Source of the DNA: Octopus sinensis
Taxonomy: Eukaryota
Direction of reading: 5' to 3'
NCBI RefSeq assembly: GCF_006345805.1
Contig: NC_042997.1
Span: 63,798,001-63,862,000, forward strand
Length of the DNA stretch: 64,000 bases
Shown here: positions 51,844 through 64,000 of the stretch, one piece after another
Numbering within the stretch: position 1 is the first letter of the stretch
Layout of the letters: each line of letters starts with the position of its first letter
Notes under the pieces: generated by a model
Database searches by the model: none
Told to the model about the DNA's origin: nothing
What the model saw: the letters and a program-made list of their open reading frames with translations, nothing else
Translations under genes and position numbers: made by a program

Positions 51844-54800
51844 CAGACACACACACAGATACACACACATATATGTACTATGTGTGTGTATCTGTGAGAT
51901 CTCGTTGTGAGATTAAAAAATGGTAATTTTCTAATGGTGAGGTCGTTTGGGCAATGCTGGTGGTATATTCTCCACATTATGAAAATGTTGTATCGCTCGC
52001 GGCGGCGCTACAGGGAATTGAGTTTCAATGATTTAAGGCGGTGCCAATAATCGAGATCAAACATGCCCTTAATTCTTTTAATGAATTCCTTCTGGGGTGA
52101 TTCATATATAGTTAATAATATATACACATATATTTGACAAAATTATATATATTTATATTACTCTATATGCTAATGTATATTTATATACATATGTGTATTT
52201 AGCGCGTATCTATATTCCCAAACACACAAAGGCACACAAATACATTTCTATATACATACAAACATGCATACATATATACATACACATATTCATACACACA
52301 CATACATACATACATACATATATACATACATTCATTCATATGTACATGGATACATACATGCATACATACATATACAAACGTATATTTGACTGTTGAATAA
52401 CTACTATGTCGATAATATCGTTACAGATGAATATGTATGTAATGGTAAACATTTAAATTGTGATAATCAATAGAAGAAAAGCCCAGACATAAATAGTAAA
52501 CTGAACTAGAAAACCGAGTTATATGTGTGTGACAAAAACCGCTATTGTTCTTAGCTGATATTACATGAGTTTTATACTAAGCTCTAAAAAATCTCTCTGT
52601 GTTTGCTTACGATGCTGATTGCAACACATTTGCAGAAAGATTTATCACTTTCCGTAGAAGTACCATAATCCACTTGATGGGGAATAAATCTGAGCAGCTT
52701 AACTAGTAACTCCAGATATTAAGAACAAATACAAGTTTTCTTGAGTTATAAATATGATATTCAGGAAATAACGATTGCAATGTCATCACTTCAGATTCTC
52801 ATTTTAGTTTATCCCAGTTTCATATCTTTATTCTTGAATGAAGACGTAAGCGTTGCCGAAAAATTAAGAAGTCTGCTTCACAATCATGCGTCTTCGAGCT
52901 CTGTTTCACAGTATAGTTAGTATATTAAAAAAAGTTCCTTTCACCGTAACCTTAGTTCAACGTGAGCCTTAAAAATGAACATGGATACATGCAATTACTT
53001 CTGAAACCCAACGAACAGCGTGTACTTACAATTCAAGCATCCAACCTTGTCACACACTATCTCCAGATGATTTCCTCTCATAGCTACGTTAAGGGGAATG
53101 CAGGATATATTGATTAGCTCATGGCCTTCTCCGTTTATATCCCATCTAGGACAGGTGCAGCTGAAACCGATAGAAACCCCTTTACATTGTATAATTGTTA
53201 AATACCATAGTGTTTCACTTTATATCTCACAACTACGATTGTACATAAGAAATCAATATTAATTCTAGTGAAAATGTCATTTAAGTTAAACAATCAACGT
53301 TCATGAAAAGCCATTCAGTTTCAGACATTAAACATGTGAGGTACATATAACTAGCAATATAATGGATTCAGTTAATTCTTTTATTTCCAGTCTTTGTTGG
53401 AAGTGTTCTTTGTGAAACTACTCAAGCATTCATCCATCCCCTTAAAGATTTTGATTTCTCAAGGAATTTTGCCACGTCAGTTGCCAGACCGTAAGTTGGT
53501 ATAGAGATATATTTTGAGGTTTAGTTTTTGGGACATCTTTCATTGAAATGGCACTTTTTTGTTGTTTTTAATTTCATGCGTTTGCTTAATGGAGTGAACG
53601 TAATGAAAAAATGGATGGAAATGCGTGAAAGGAACACTATAAAAGCTTGGAAATTCAACCTGTTTATACTTAAAAATCTATTAGATACGCATCTATGAAT
53701 CAACATGGACGGGAACTATATATATATAACTCGAGAAGTAATATCAATAAAACCCTAAAATCCTTCACAATATATTGAAGTGAGGTAGAGAAATTAAAAT
53801 TTCAAAATCTGTTATAAAATTAATTTCATAGTTATTTAGAATACGCTTAAAGAGATTTACCCACTGACAGCACGTTCGTGAACAATAAAATCCATGGACG
53901 TCTCAAGGAGCTTCATGATTTATCATAAAACTACTTGTGCCACTTTATTTTGTCTTAATACTTCTCATGAAAATATACAAATACAAAATGCAAAAAGGAA
54001 TCTTAAAATGATATCAATAAAACTGTTAGACATAACCTTCAATACTCTTGTATTAGAATAATAAATTCATTTTCTGCGAGTAGTTTCATCAGTTCTAGAT
54101 TGTAAGCACTTTTCATTTCCTTACTCGGCATGCATTTTGTGGAACTTCAGCACAAACCACGCCTTCTTCTTTAACAAAATCAAATTTATTGGGAGAACGT
54201 TTTACATTAACTTACATGAATATCATGTAAGTTTCCAGTAGGTTCCAGTAGGATTTAGCATGCAGATGTATATATTTAATTGTGCATATCTCCAATGTAT
54301 AATTCCATTTATCACGTATGAATTACTACAAATTCTTTTACCATCCACGTTAGTAAAGAATAATTCACAGATAGCACTCCGAGTAATTCAACCGTAAATA
54401 TAAAATGTCTGGAGTTAGTTACTTCAGGAACAAATGATACTTTTAATATATTTTGTACAAGTAATTGAGGAGAATTTATAAAAGTGATTTTTATAAATGA
54501 TCATTGAGAATTTATAAAAGTGATTTTTGTGAAAACTGCAATTTGGGAGTAAGCTCCGGAACTTTTGATCGAACTTTCAACTTGAGCTGCAGTCTCATTT
54601 TTTGAATAAAAACACAAGGCAAAATGCTGTGGTTCATGCATATACACACACAGAGACATAGACATGCTCGCGAACATATATTGTAAAGTTCCACTATACA
54701 TGTTTCACTACCCGAACTGCCATTTGTCCAACAGATGTCAAAGCAAGTTAGATGTAAACTCAAGCACCCTAATCTGTTTCACATGCTAACGGCGTTTTCA

Positions 54801-55255
54801 CTACAACTATTTAGATACAAGTATTAAACCTTCGACTCCATTTTACTTTCCTGCAATTTAAGAGTATTCCAAATGGTAGTTCTTAAATCAAATCAAAGTA
54901 ATTCCATATATTTCTTTTGTGCAGGTTCACTGCTCTAGGGATAGCATGGTATTTAAATATCACTAATTTTGTTCAACATTATCATACATTAAATTAGATT
55001 ATTTTATAATATCTTCTGCTTATTTTTACATTGAGAGTGGTATTTCATATGAATACAGTTCAGCTAATGATATCTTATATTTTTTTAGATATTGAATGCT
55101 TTTATATATCTGCATACTGCATTATGAACTATAGGCTCGAACAGCATATTCCAAGTTCTATACAAAACAAAGGCTCATAGACACATTTAAACATATATAT
55201 TAGTTTAAATCCATATACACACAGATATACATGGATATCTGTGTGTGTGAGTGAA

Positions 55256-55380
55256 TGTATGTGGTTAGGAAGTTCAGCTCACGATCCTGGGGTCATGAGT
55301 TCAACTCCTCGAACGGACGGCCTGTTTTGATCTTAGCACTTCATTTCTCGTTGCTGCAGTCTACACAGTGGTTAATATCT
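55256..55380 (+). mobile_element. Degenerate SINE family 3 head
   Basis: gtggttagg...gctcacgatc...gagttcaactcc...ttcatttctcgttgctgcagtc is similar to 34700-34810. Confidence 0.55.
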
Positions 55381-55545
55381 AGTAGCGATTACATATGCGC
55401 CAAGAATCGTATGAGAAATCATGGTACAATCCATTTTTATTCACAACTGCTGCTCTCAAGTCTTTATACAAGCGTCTGCATATATATGCATATATGCATA
55501 CATACACAGACACTACATACATACACACATATATGTATATATATG

Positions 55546-55603
<58 letters not shown>

Positions 55604-56112
55604 GTATATATATGTATGTATGTATGTATGCATGTATGTATGTATATATACGTATAGAAATGCACGCTCAGTAAAATCGTTTCGACAACTGTTAGTTAAA
55701 TTTTGGATGTGTACTACTTTTTATTAAAACTGATATATCGCATACTCATCATTCATTTGTGCTTTTACCGTGTATTTTATCGACACCCGGGAAATTATTA
55801 CCTGTCTATCCCATCATATAAAATCATTCAGTTTCAATGCATTCGTCTCGCGATCAAGCATAACCATAGACACCCTTGTTGATACATTTACAAATATTTT
55901 TACTTCATTTTGCATTTTCTAAAGGTTAAATGGAACTTTATTGCTCATCAAAGTGAGTTTAATAGGGCTGTGTCGCTTTTAACACTTCAAAAAACACAGG
56001 TATGGAAACGATATTCGTAATTCCTACAAAATTACATGACAACGTGTCTTTGCGAACGTTTGCAAGTCTAACATCGTCCGATGGTTAATATGCTTTTATA
56101 TTGTACCAAGGT

Positions 56113-56165
<53 letters not shown>

Positions 56166-56967
56166 TTCAATCTGAAATTTTACGACGATCAGTCTCTCTC
56201 TGCTCAACCAAGATTTCAGATATTGTGCATTTAGGAATACATTGCCCTTTAAGTCCAGTGTCGGGACTACAGTGTGGGAGCGCTCCATTTTCTTGTGGCA
56301 TTTTCAAGTATCTACATTTAACTTTTCATGTGTAGTATCAATACATTTTTAAGGAACTCCAGAGAAGGGACCTTTGTTATATTTGTGTCAAGAATGCAGG
56401 GACCAATATGGTGTCTGTTGTATAGCCTACCGAAACAATAACTTTAGGCGATTAACTGTTGATCGTATGTTTTGTAAGAGTTTTCATAATCGCGTGCTCT
56501 ATTAAATATCTTGACATGATCTCAACATAGAATTTCGAATTATGAACAGTAGCTAGATTGCCGAATCACTATGTGGTCACACATCACCGGTTTCACACAT
56601 ATATTGTGGTCAAATTGTTTTTGAATCACTGCCAAATTAAAACGTCATGGCTATGATTAATTAGATGAATATAGAGCTAGAATTTAGTCTCATTTGAATA
56701 GAACTGTAAAAGATAGGGAACAAATTGGAAGCCTGTCGTACTCTACTGCACTGATTCTGTTCGAAATGAGTAGTAAAATATGATGGTATTTTACTGAGAT
56801 AATTTTCTTTTACATTTTGGCATAGCTACAACTTAGCCTAACCTGCAATACTTTAATGAGTTTTAGAAGGGTGATGTGTTGGCTGGTTCCGGATTATTTA
56901 AAGTTTCCATATCCTTTGGGTGCGTTAATTCTTTTACAAGAAATATCGCTTTCAAAACAACAAACGT

Positions 56968-57175
56968 TGGTGAATTGATAGAATCAGTAGAGCGTCTGAA
57001 AAATGCTATGCGATATAAGGTTACGACAGTTAATGATCCGAGTTAGTATTCTGCGTTGGTGAACGTTGACTTTGATCCGCCGGAGGTCGAATAGATAAAG
57101 TATCAGTCATCTATGTTACTCGTCTAACATCCTACACTAAAAATTGTTGGCCTTTATCTAAATCAGAAAGGAGTT
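56968..57175 (+). mobile_element. Degenerate SINE family 2 copy
   Basis: agaatcagtagagcgtc head, gactttgatcc..gaggtcgaat..aagtatcagt body. Confidence 0.5.
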
Positions 57176-57854
57176 TTAAGACCACAAATATTATCTTCTC
57201 TTACATATTTCTAAAACACACGCTACAAAATATATAATTATCAAAATATATTCACGGAAAAATAGAAAATATACCAGTAAAAGTATATAAAATCAAAATT
57301 ATAATAAACAAGATAAATTTATACATTATGTAAATGCTACGTGCAGGACTGTAGTCTGTATATTAGACACAGACACTTATAAATATGTGTGTATATGTGT
57401 GCGTTAGTATAAAGTAAGAGATAAAGGAAGATGGAGAGGAAGAAGAGATAGAGTCTTATGATAGCTATTTTCGAAAGAGAGCATTCACACATCTATTTGA
57501 AACAATAAAAGTTAATTTATATCAAGAGAACAATCTTTCCTCGGGAATCAATAACATCGTGACTCTTAATTCAAAGTGTATATTAAATGAAGCGTAAATA
57601 TATTATTTTTATTGAATAGAAAGAGACTGCATGAATGTGTTGATATAAAAATCAATGTCGTTTACTGAGTCGAAGCACATTTAATGGACTGATCTTATCT
57701 CTGATATTAATCTCTTATTTAGCGCGGATTGTTACAAACTGTTCCGATAGTGTTACGCTAAGTTCGTATATCAAAGTTTGAGTTCAACTCCCACCAACGA
57801 AAATATCTCTTTTATGAATTCTGCAGTTCCTAAACACACCCTGACACATTCACA

Positions 57855-58054
<200 letters not shown>

Positions 58055-58138
58055 CATGGATGTATGAATATATGAATAAGTGTGTAAATACGTTGCATAC
58101 ATATACATTCACACATATAATCGAAAGTCTGTTGCCTG

Positions 58139-58555
58139 AAAGCGGCAGATTTGAAGAAGTGTTAGTGACCGGCAGACAAAAGTGCCTTCTGTTATTTAGT
58201 TAGGACACATTAGAAACGTTTGTTCAAATACCACCGAGGACAAAATTGTCTTTCATTTGTCTGGTGTAGATAAAATAATATGCTAGTAAAATATTATGTC
58301 AATCTGTTATCGACTGTACTCCACCTGACAAATTTTGTCCCAGATGCTTATAGTTGAAATCATTATGATTTGTTTCTTGTTATATCCGCGCTGCAAATTG
58401 GAAATCAGTCGTTAGAGCGTCTTGCGATAGAGCACCTTGAATCATTTGCCCGATTCATTTCCGTGCCGCGGTCGAATTTGATTTTCCTCCTTCTGGGTTC
58501 AATGACATAACCTACCAGGGAAATTGTGGTGGTGATTTAATTGACTAACCCTACA
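58139..58555 (+). mobile_element. Two degenerate SINE family 2 copies
   Basis: Heads at about 58139 (aaagcggcag...gttagtgacc) and 58388 (...cagtcgttagagcgtc), with central gaggacaaaattgtctttcat and gcggtcgaatttgattttcctcc. Confidence 0.5.
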
Positions 58556-58583
58556 CGATAACTTTATATATATATATATATAT

Positions 58584-58785
58584 ACAATTGCAGCGTGGAG
58601 GGTGTTTATAAGCCATTTAAGAAACACACAAAAGCCGTTCGATTCACTTCAACATTTAAGTTGAACAGGTCGCGGATTTTAGCGACGAAAATATTTTGAC
58701 AAATTAAACTTAAATGTTGAAGTGAATCGAACGGCTTTTGTGTGTTTCTTAAATGGCTTATAAACACCTTCCACGCTGCAATTGT
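58584..58785. repeat. Near-perfect palindrome: 79-bp arms, 44-nt spacer
   Basis: 58584-58662 is the reverse complement of 58707-58785 with a single mismatch (ggaGggt vs ggaAggt). Confidence 0.95.
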
Positions 58786-59133
58786 TTTCGTTTCAGCACA
58801 CGATCTCAGATCAAATTACTTGCTATGCGAGTACATCTCCCTATATATATATATATTGTTTTTTCATTACTGTTTTCAATTTCGTTTTCGTCTCTTGTAT
58901 TCACATCCGTCTTGTGCGTTCACATTCCTGTCTTCTACAAGAAATCTAATGCTTACAGCTTAGTTTTTTTTCTTGGGGCTGGCCGAGTTGGAGCAAATAT
59001 CAGAATTGAACAGCCGAAATTTGCTATGATGATTCGGTGTCTGACTGAAGATTGAAGGCTTCGAATGATTTGTCTGTGTTCCGTGTTCGTCCCTTCCTGT
59101 ATTTCACGTTCATTATATATAAAAACATTCATT

Positions 59134-59168
<35 letters not shown>

Positions 59169-60139
59169 AACAGGTCTAAGACTCTACTATTTATCTTCAC
59201 ATTCTGCATTGGTGGTAGTAACGTGGGTTAATCCAACTGTCATATCGACGCGCTGTTATAACATTAGGCAAAAATGTAACACATAGAAATATGACGTTGC
59301 AAATAGCCGAAAACTCACACAATCAACTAACCAAGCAGTCGAAAAAGATAATTGACAAAAGGAATATTGAGCTAGATAAAAACAAACATAACTTTAAATT
59401 AGTCCAGTAATTCTGAAAAATATACACGACAATAGCACACGGTTACTTTAAGATACATCTCACATATATTGGTATATATGTGTGTGTGTATGTGTGTATG
59501 TGTGTGTGTCTGTCTCTGTATTATATCACATCACATCCTATCATATCTAAATCGCAATATAAGACAAAAGGGTTGAATACGCCGTCTTTTATCAAATATC
59601 TACCGAGTTAGAGCTGACGTGTAGCGACACAACAGCACTGAAATAGTTCGTTCATATCTACATGATATTCTTCCGACGATAGGGTACAAATCGAATGAGA
59701 GTAGCCTTTTAATTCTAGCAAATCAGCCGACAGAATAAAACTTGTCTCGTTTGCTTCATTTGTCCATAATTACTCACAGAAATTGGATTATGCAGAAGAT
59801 AGAAACATCATAAAATGTATCTATCGATCGCTACACATTTTCTTTTTTGTTATACCAGTTACCTACATTATATATTTAGAAATAATGTATAATAAAGGTA
59901 TCTCTTGAAATACTATGTTGTTGGTGTTCCACAAGCCATTGTCATAATGCATTTAGAACTGACATTTTTTGTCATAAGTAAATTGCTTTTAGCGATCATT
60001 CAAACAAAAATACTTCTGCTCACATGTTCATTGCTCACAATACGTGATAGTACAACAATGCCGACAACGATCGCTATGATTAGAATGAGTTCAGTATCTA
60101 TTCTGATGCATAATCCCTGCATACACGATAAATATATGA

Positions 60140-60195
60140 ACATACATGCATACATATATACACACATATATATATATATATATACACATATATAT

Positions 60196-60227
<32 letters not shown>

Positions 60228-60245
60228 CATATGTATATATACATA

Positions 60246-60292
<47 letters not shown>

Positions 60293-60347
60293 GTATATAT
60301 ACGTATATATATGTATATATATATATATATTTATTTGTATATATATA

Positions 60348-60380
<33 letters not shown>

Positions 60381-60385
60381 AATAT
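60140..60385. repeat. (TA)n-rich microsatellite
   Basis: Directly visible. Confidence 0.95.
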
Positions 60386-60710
60386 AATCATATGTATGTA
60401 CTTAAAAAGCGGGGGAGGTTCCGTTGGTCTTCTGGATGAGTATTCAAATATTTGACTCAAATCATACACCTGCCATTAACGGGTTTGTTTCACTGACAGG
60501 TGTATCGCTAAAAATGTGATCCTCAACGCGATATTGATTTTGGTAATGAGACCATAACTTTTTAATTATGGGTATAACCAGGAAAGAAAAATAGAGAGAT
60601 AGATTCAAGCAAAGAGACACATAGAAGGAAAAAGACAGTCAAAAGGATGCAAGCAGAGAGAAGGAAAGATAAAATTTTAAGAAAAATCTATAAGCAAAAA
60701 CGAACTTTTC

Positions 60711-60748
<38 letters not shown>

Positions 60749-60824
60749 CATACAAAGACATACATAAATACATACACGCATATTCACATACAACCATACT
60801 TACCTATACATAAACATTCACATA

Positions 60825-60901
<77 letters not shown>

Positions 60902-61489
60902 ATGTGTGTGTGTAAATCTATGACAATTTCATTTCACTTCATACATAATTATAGAGTTTTATTCGACAACATCAAAGAGTAAATTGGGAAATCATGTCTA
61001 TTTTCCCGCGAAAAAGCTGAGCAGATCAGATTTGATTATTCTCAAACAGTGTACCTTGTTCAGGAAAGTGTGAAATGATAATAATAAAGTTTGATAATTT
61101 ATAATGAATCATCTCACTTTTTTTTCCATTTGCTTTCTAAACATCATCTGCATAAATTCCTTGTGAAATGCCATGCTGGTGATGTTTAGAGATCATTGCT
61201 CTTTTTCTGTCACATATATAGTAGATGTTCCTTAAAGATGACCATTTTTTTTTTTGCTTTATATATTCATCATTAGAAACTTGATCCTGTCTTTCATAGA
61301 GATTAAGGATATTTGCCGCAAATGTTAGCTGAACTCTTTCTGAAGTCTCCAAAGTGATGACTTGAGAGTTTATCGATCTAGAAACGTAATTATGAGCTAT
61401 ATAAAATCAGTAAAATCCAGAAATTTCAGTATCTTTTTCATGATAACAAAACCACAAAGAGAGAAAGTGATAGAGAGATTGAAAAATAG

Positions 61490-61538
<49 letters not shown>

Positions 61539-61630
61539 GAGAGAGAGAAATAGTGAGAGAGAGAGAGAGAAAGAGTGAGAGAGAGAAAGAGTGAGAGAGA
61601 GAAATAGTGAGAGAGAGAGAGAGAGAGAGT
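61490..61630. repeat. (GA)n tract with repeated interruptions (aaagagtg / aaatagtg)
   Basis: Directly visible higher-order periodicity. Confidence 0.9.
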
Positions 61631-62127
61631 GACGGACATGTACTTACACACATCAAGAGTCTGAAGAAAAAGAAACAGCATATATTTCAATTTAGTAATT
61701 GCACAATTTTTACTTGACTTGTAAGTTATTGATGAATAAGTTACTGTGCTAAAGCGATCTATGCTCCGTGTCTTTTCACTTCTTTTTGGAAGCAGCATAA
61801 AGTGATGGATTAACGGCCTTGTTATTCATTCCAGTGCCAAATTCAAATTATCGTGCGCGAAAACAGCATGTTAGCCATGTACATACTTATTTGACATCCA
61901 CTACAGATTACAAATCGTAATCCTTCTACATTGTGTCAACAGGTGGAAGAACGAAACTTGCTGATTTCCTTGGCAAGTGATATCTGATAAGTTACGGAAG
62001 GATTGAAACGCTAGCACCGATTTTCAGGCGGTGGTGGGAGAGACAAATAATTGCTTGTCATGAACTTTTTTGAGAGGTGCAACACGAAAGAATCTTTTTG
62101 GCTATCTGTTGCTTTGTTTCCGAAATA

Positions 62128-62526
62128 TTCTTTACGTTTTTCAGTCATTAGACCACGGCCATTCTGGGGCACCTCCTTGAAGAATATTTAGTCGAATGCA
62201 TCGACCACAGTAGATATCTTTTTCGTAACCCTGTTACTTATTCTATCGTTCTCTTTTGCCGTACCACTTATTTACAGGGGCGTAAACACACCGGAACCGA
62301 TTGCCACTTTAGGGGCAAACACAGACACTAAGAAACACACAAACATACACATACATATTTATACATATATACGAAGGGCTTCTTTCAGTTTCCACCTTCC
62401 AAATCCACTTAGAAGGTTTTGGTCGGCCAGAGGCGAAAGTAGGAGACATTTACAGAAGGTGCCACGCAGTGGACTGAACTCGGAACCATGTGGACAGACA
62501 GCAAGCTTCTCACCACACAACAACTG
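62128..62526 (-). mobile_element. SINE family 1, full length, diverged
   Basis: Reverse complement is collinear with 5511-6011 (ggaaccatgtgg, gtgccacgcagtgg, ggtcggcc, cttattctatcg, cagtcatt). Confidence 0.85.
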
Positions 62527-62544
62527 GGTCACTTCCTTAAATAG

Positions 62545-62868
62545 TTTTTAGCCGAATGATTCAACCACAATACTTTTTTGATAGGTCCCTTTCACCAAAC
62601 CGCCAAGTTATGGGGACATAGACACACTAACACTGTTTCTCAAGCGGTGGTGGGAGTGACAAACACACACACAGACGCACACATACACACACATATATCT
62701 ATGTATATACGACGGTCTTCTTTAGGTTTCCCTCTACGAAATTAACTCACAAGTCTTTGGTCGGCCCGAAGCTATAGCACAAATCACCTGCCCAAGACGC
62801 CACCCAGTGGAACTGAACTCCGAACCATGTGATTGGGAAGTAAGCTTCTTTCCAGAGAGTCATGCCTG
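62545..62868 (-). mobile_element. SINE family 1, second adjacent copy, 3'-truncated
   Basis: cgacggtcttctttaggtttcc...tttggtcggcccgaagctatag...ctgaactccgaaccatgtg. A further fragment lies at about 61985-62045. Confidence 0.8.
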
Positions 62869-63230
62869 TAATTCATAATTATAATTTAACTCTATTAAAC
62901 CAAAATAGCCATTCAGGATGCAAAGAGCCGCAGCACTTCAAAATACAAAAGTGTCTTTTAATGTATGTACTACTTTATAAATAAAGCCTTATTTATACAT
63001 GCTAACTTTTTAGAGTCCTAACTGTTCTCTTATGATAGATATAGTAAGGATAACTCGAATTTCAAAGTTTCTAGATAGCCAAACTCCCAATTTAACCAGT
63101 TCTAAAGAATGAAAAGTGACATTGATCTCGAATCGCCAGAAGATATCTTGCAAGAACATTTTTGTTCGACTTTGTTACGATTCTGCCATTTTGTCACATT
63201 CTGACATTTCACCAGATAAAATTTAAATAT

Positions 63231-63437
63231 TGGTCTGAAACTTTGGCACAGGGCTAGCTGTTTCTAGAGATAGTCGATTTCTCTGAACCCAGTGCTTAAC
63301 GTATACTTATTTTATCGAGCTTGCAAGGGTCAAAAGCAAAGTCGAACACGGCGTAATTTAAACTCATTTCGTAAGAAGAGATGAAATGCTACTTAGCATT
63401 TTACTTGGCGTTCTAACTATCAGCCAGATCGTTGCTT
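63231..63437 (-). mobile_element. SINE family 2 copy with alternative tail
   Basis: gaaactttggcacagggctagc tail, cttattttatcga...gcaaagtcgaacacggcgtaatttaaactca body, and cttagcattt...gccagatcg head. Confidence 0.7.
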
Positions 63438-64000
63438 TAGGGAAGTAATTTAAATATTGACAATAGATAACAAAAAATCAGCAAAAATATTTTACTCTAC
63501 CCAAATTAACATATATTCTGAATCTTCCATTAGGCTAGTACATATTCCACAGTTCGGTCGTCCACAGATTTTAACTCTTGCTTCCGTTATTTTTCACTAT
63601 AGTTTTGCCTTTGTGAATATTCACTTAATGGTAATAATTGTTTCTTGCTTCTAATAATTTTATGGGTGCGTAGAATTTCATATATATATATATATGTGTG
63701 TGTACATATATTCTTTCGAAAGTATATATATATACTTTCGAAATCGTTTATATGAAGAACTACGAAAGGTGCGTTTATTTTGTGATCCGAACAATATATT
63801 CACCATCACTCAATGGACACGGCCGAAAAGTCAGTGCATGATATTTGAGAGAGAATATTATTTTATGTAGAATTTTAGTTGCTTCCCTGCCACATAAAAC
63901 TGAATTAATATGCCGTTTTATCTCTCAATTGATCTATATGTATAAAAACAAAAATCATGCTTCGGTTATTTGCAGGCTCTCGAGAGACCTAGGTGCTTCA

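Overview
This 64 kb window is AT-rich, microsatellite-saturated animal genomic DNA. The SINE and LINE families look like those of octopus (coleoid cephalopod); that assignment is from recall, not a search. I find no protein-coding gene I can support. Nearly all entries in the ORF track are translations of (TA)n, (CA)n, (GATA)n, (TTTC)n or trinucleotide repeats, so the window reads as intronic or intergenic. Supported content: (1) a dead, internally deleted HsMar1-like mariner with both TIRs (9185-10239). (2) Three 5'-truncated R4/Dong-type non-LTR fragments encoding the restriction-like endonuclease, two abutting (TAA)n tracts. (3) Three minus-strand L1/Tx1-like ORF2 remnants. (4) Many tRNA-derived SINE copies from 3-4 families, including an intact copy with a perfect 13-bp TSD and a head-to-tail array. 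(5) Three MITE-like inverted-repeat elements. (6) Two local foldback duplications next to (TA)n tracts. (7) Several hammerhead-ribozyme-like motifs of the minimal Penelope-associated type; the best (10933-11055, minus strand) has an intact CUGACGA/GAAA core and a 9-bp stem II closing an 80-nt loop. Weak candidate exons at 21.2 and 23.2 kb may mark the 5' end of an unidentified gene. No database searches or folding computations were run, so family names are provisional.
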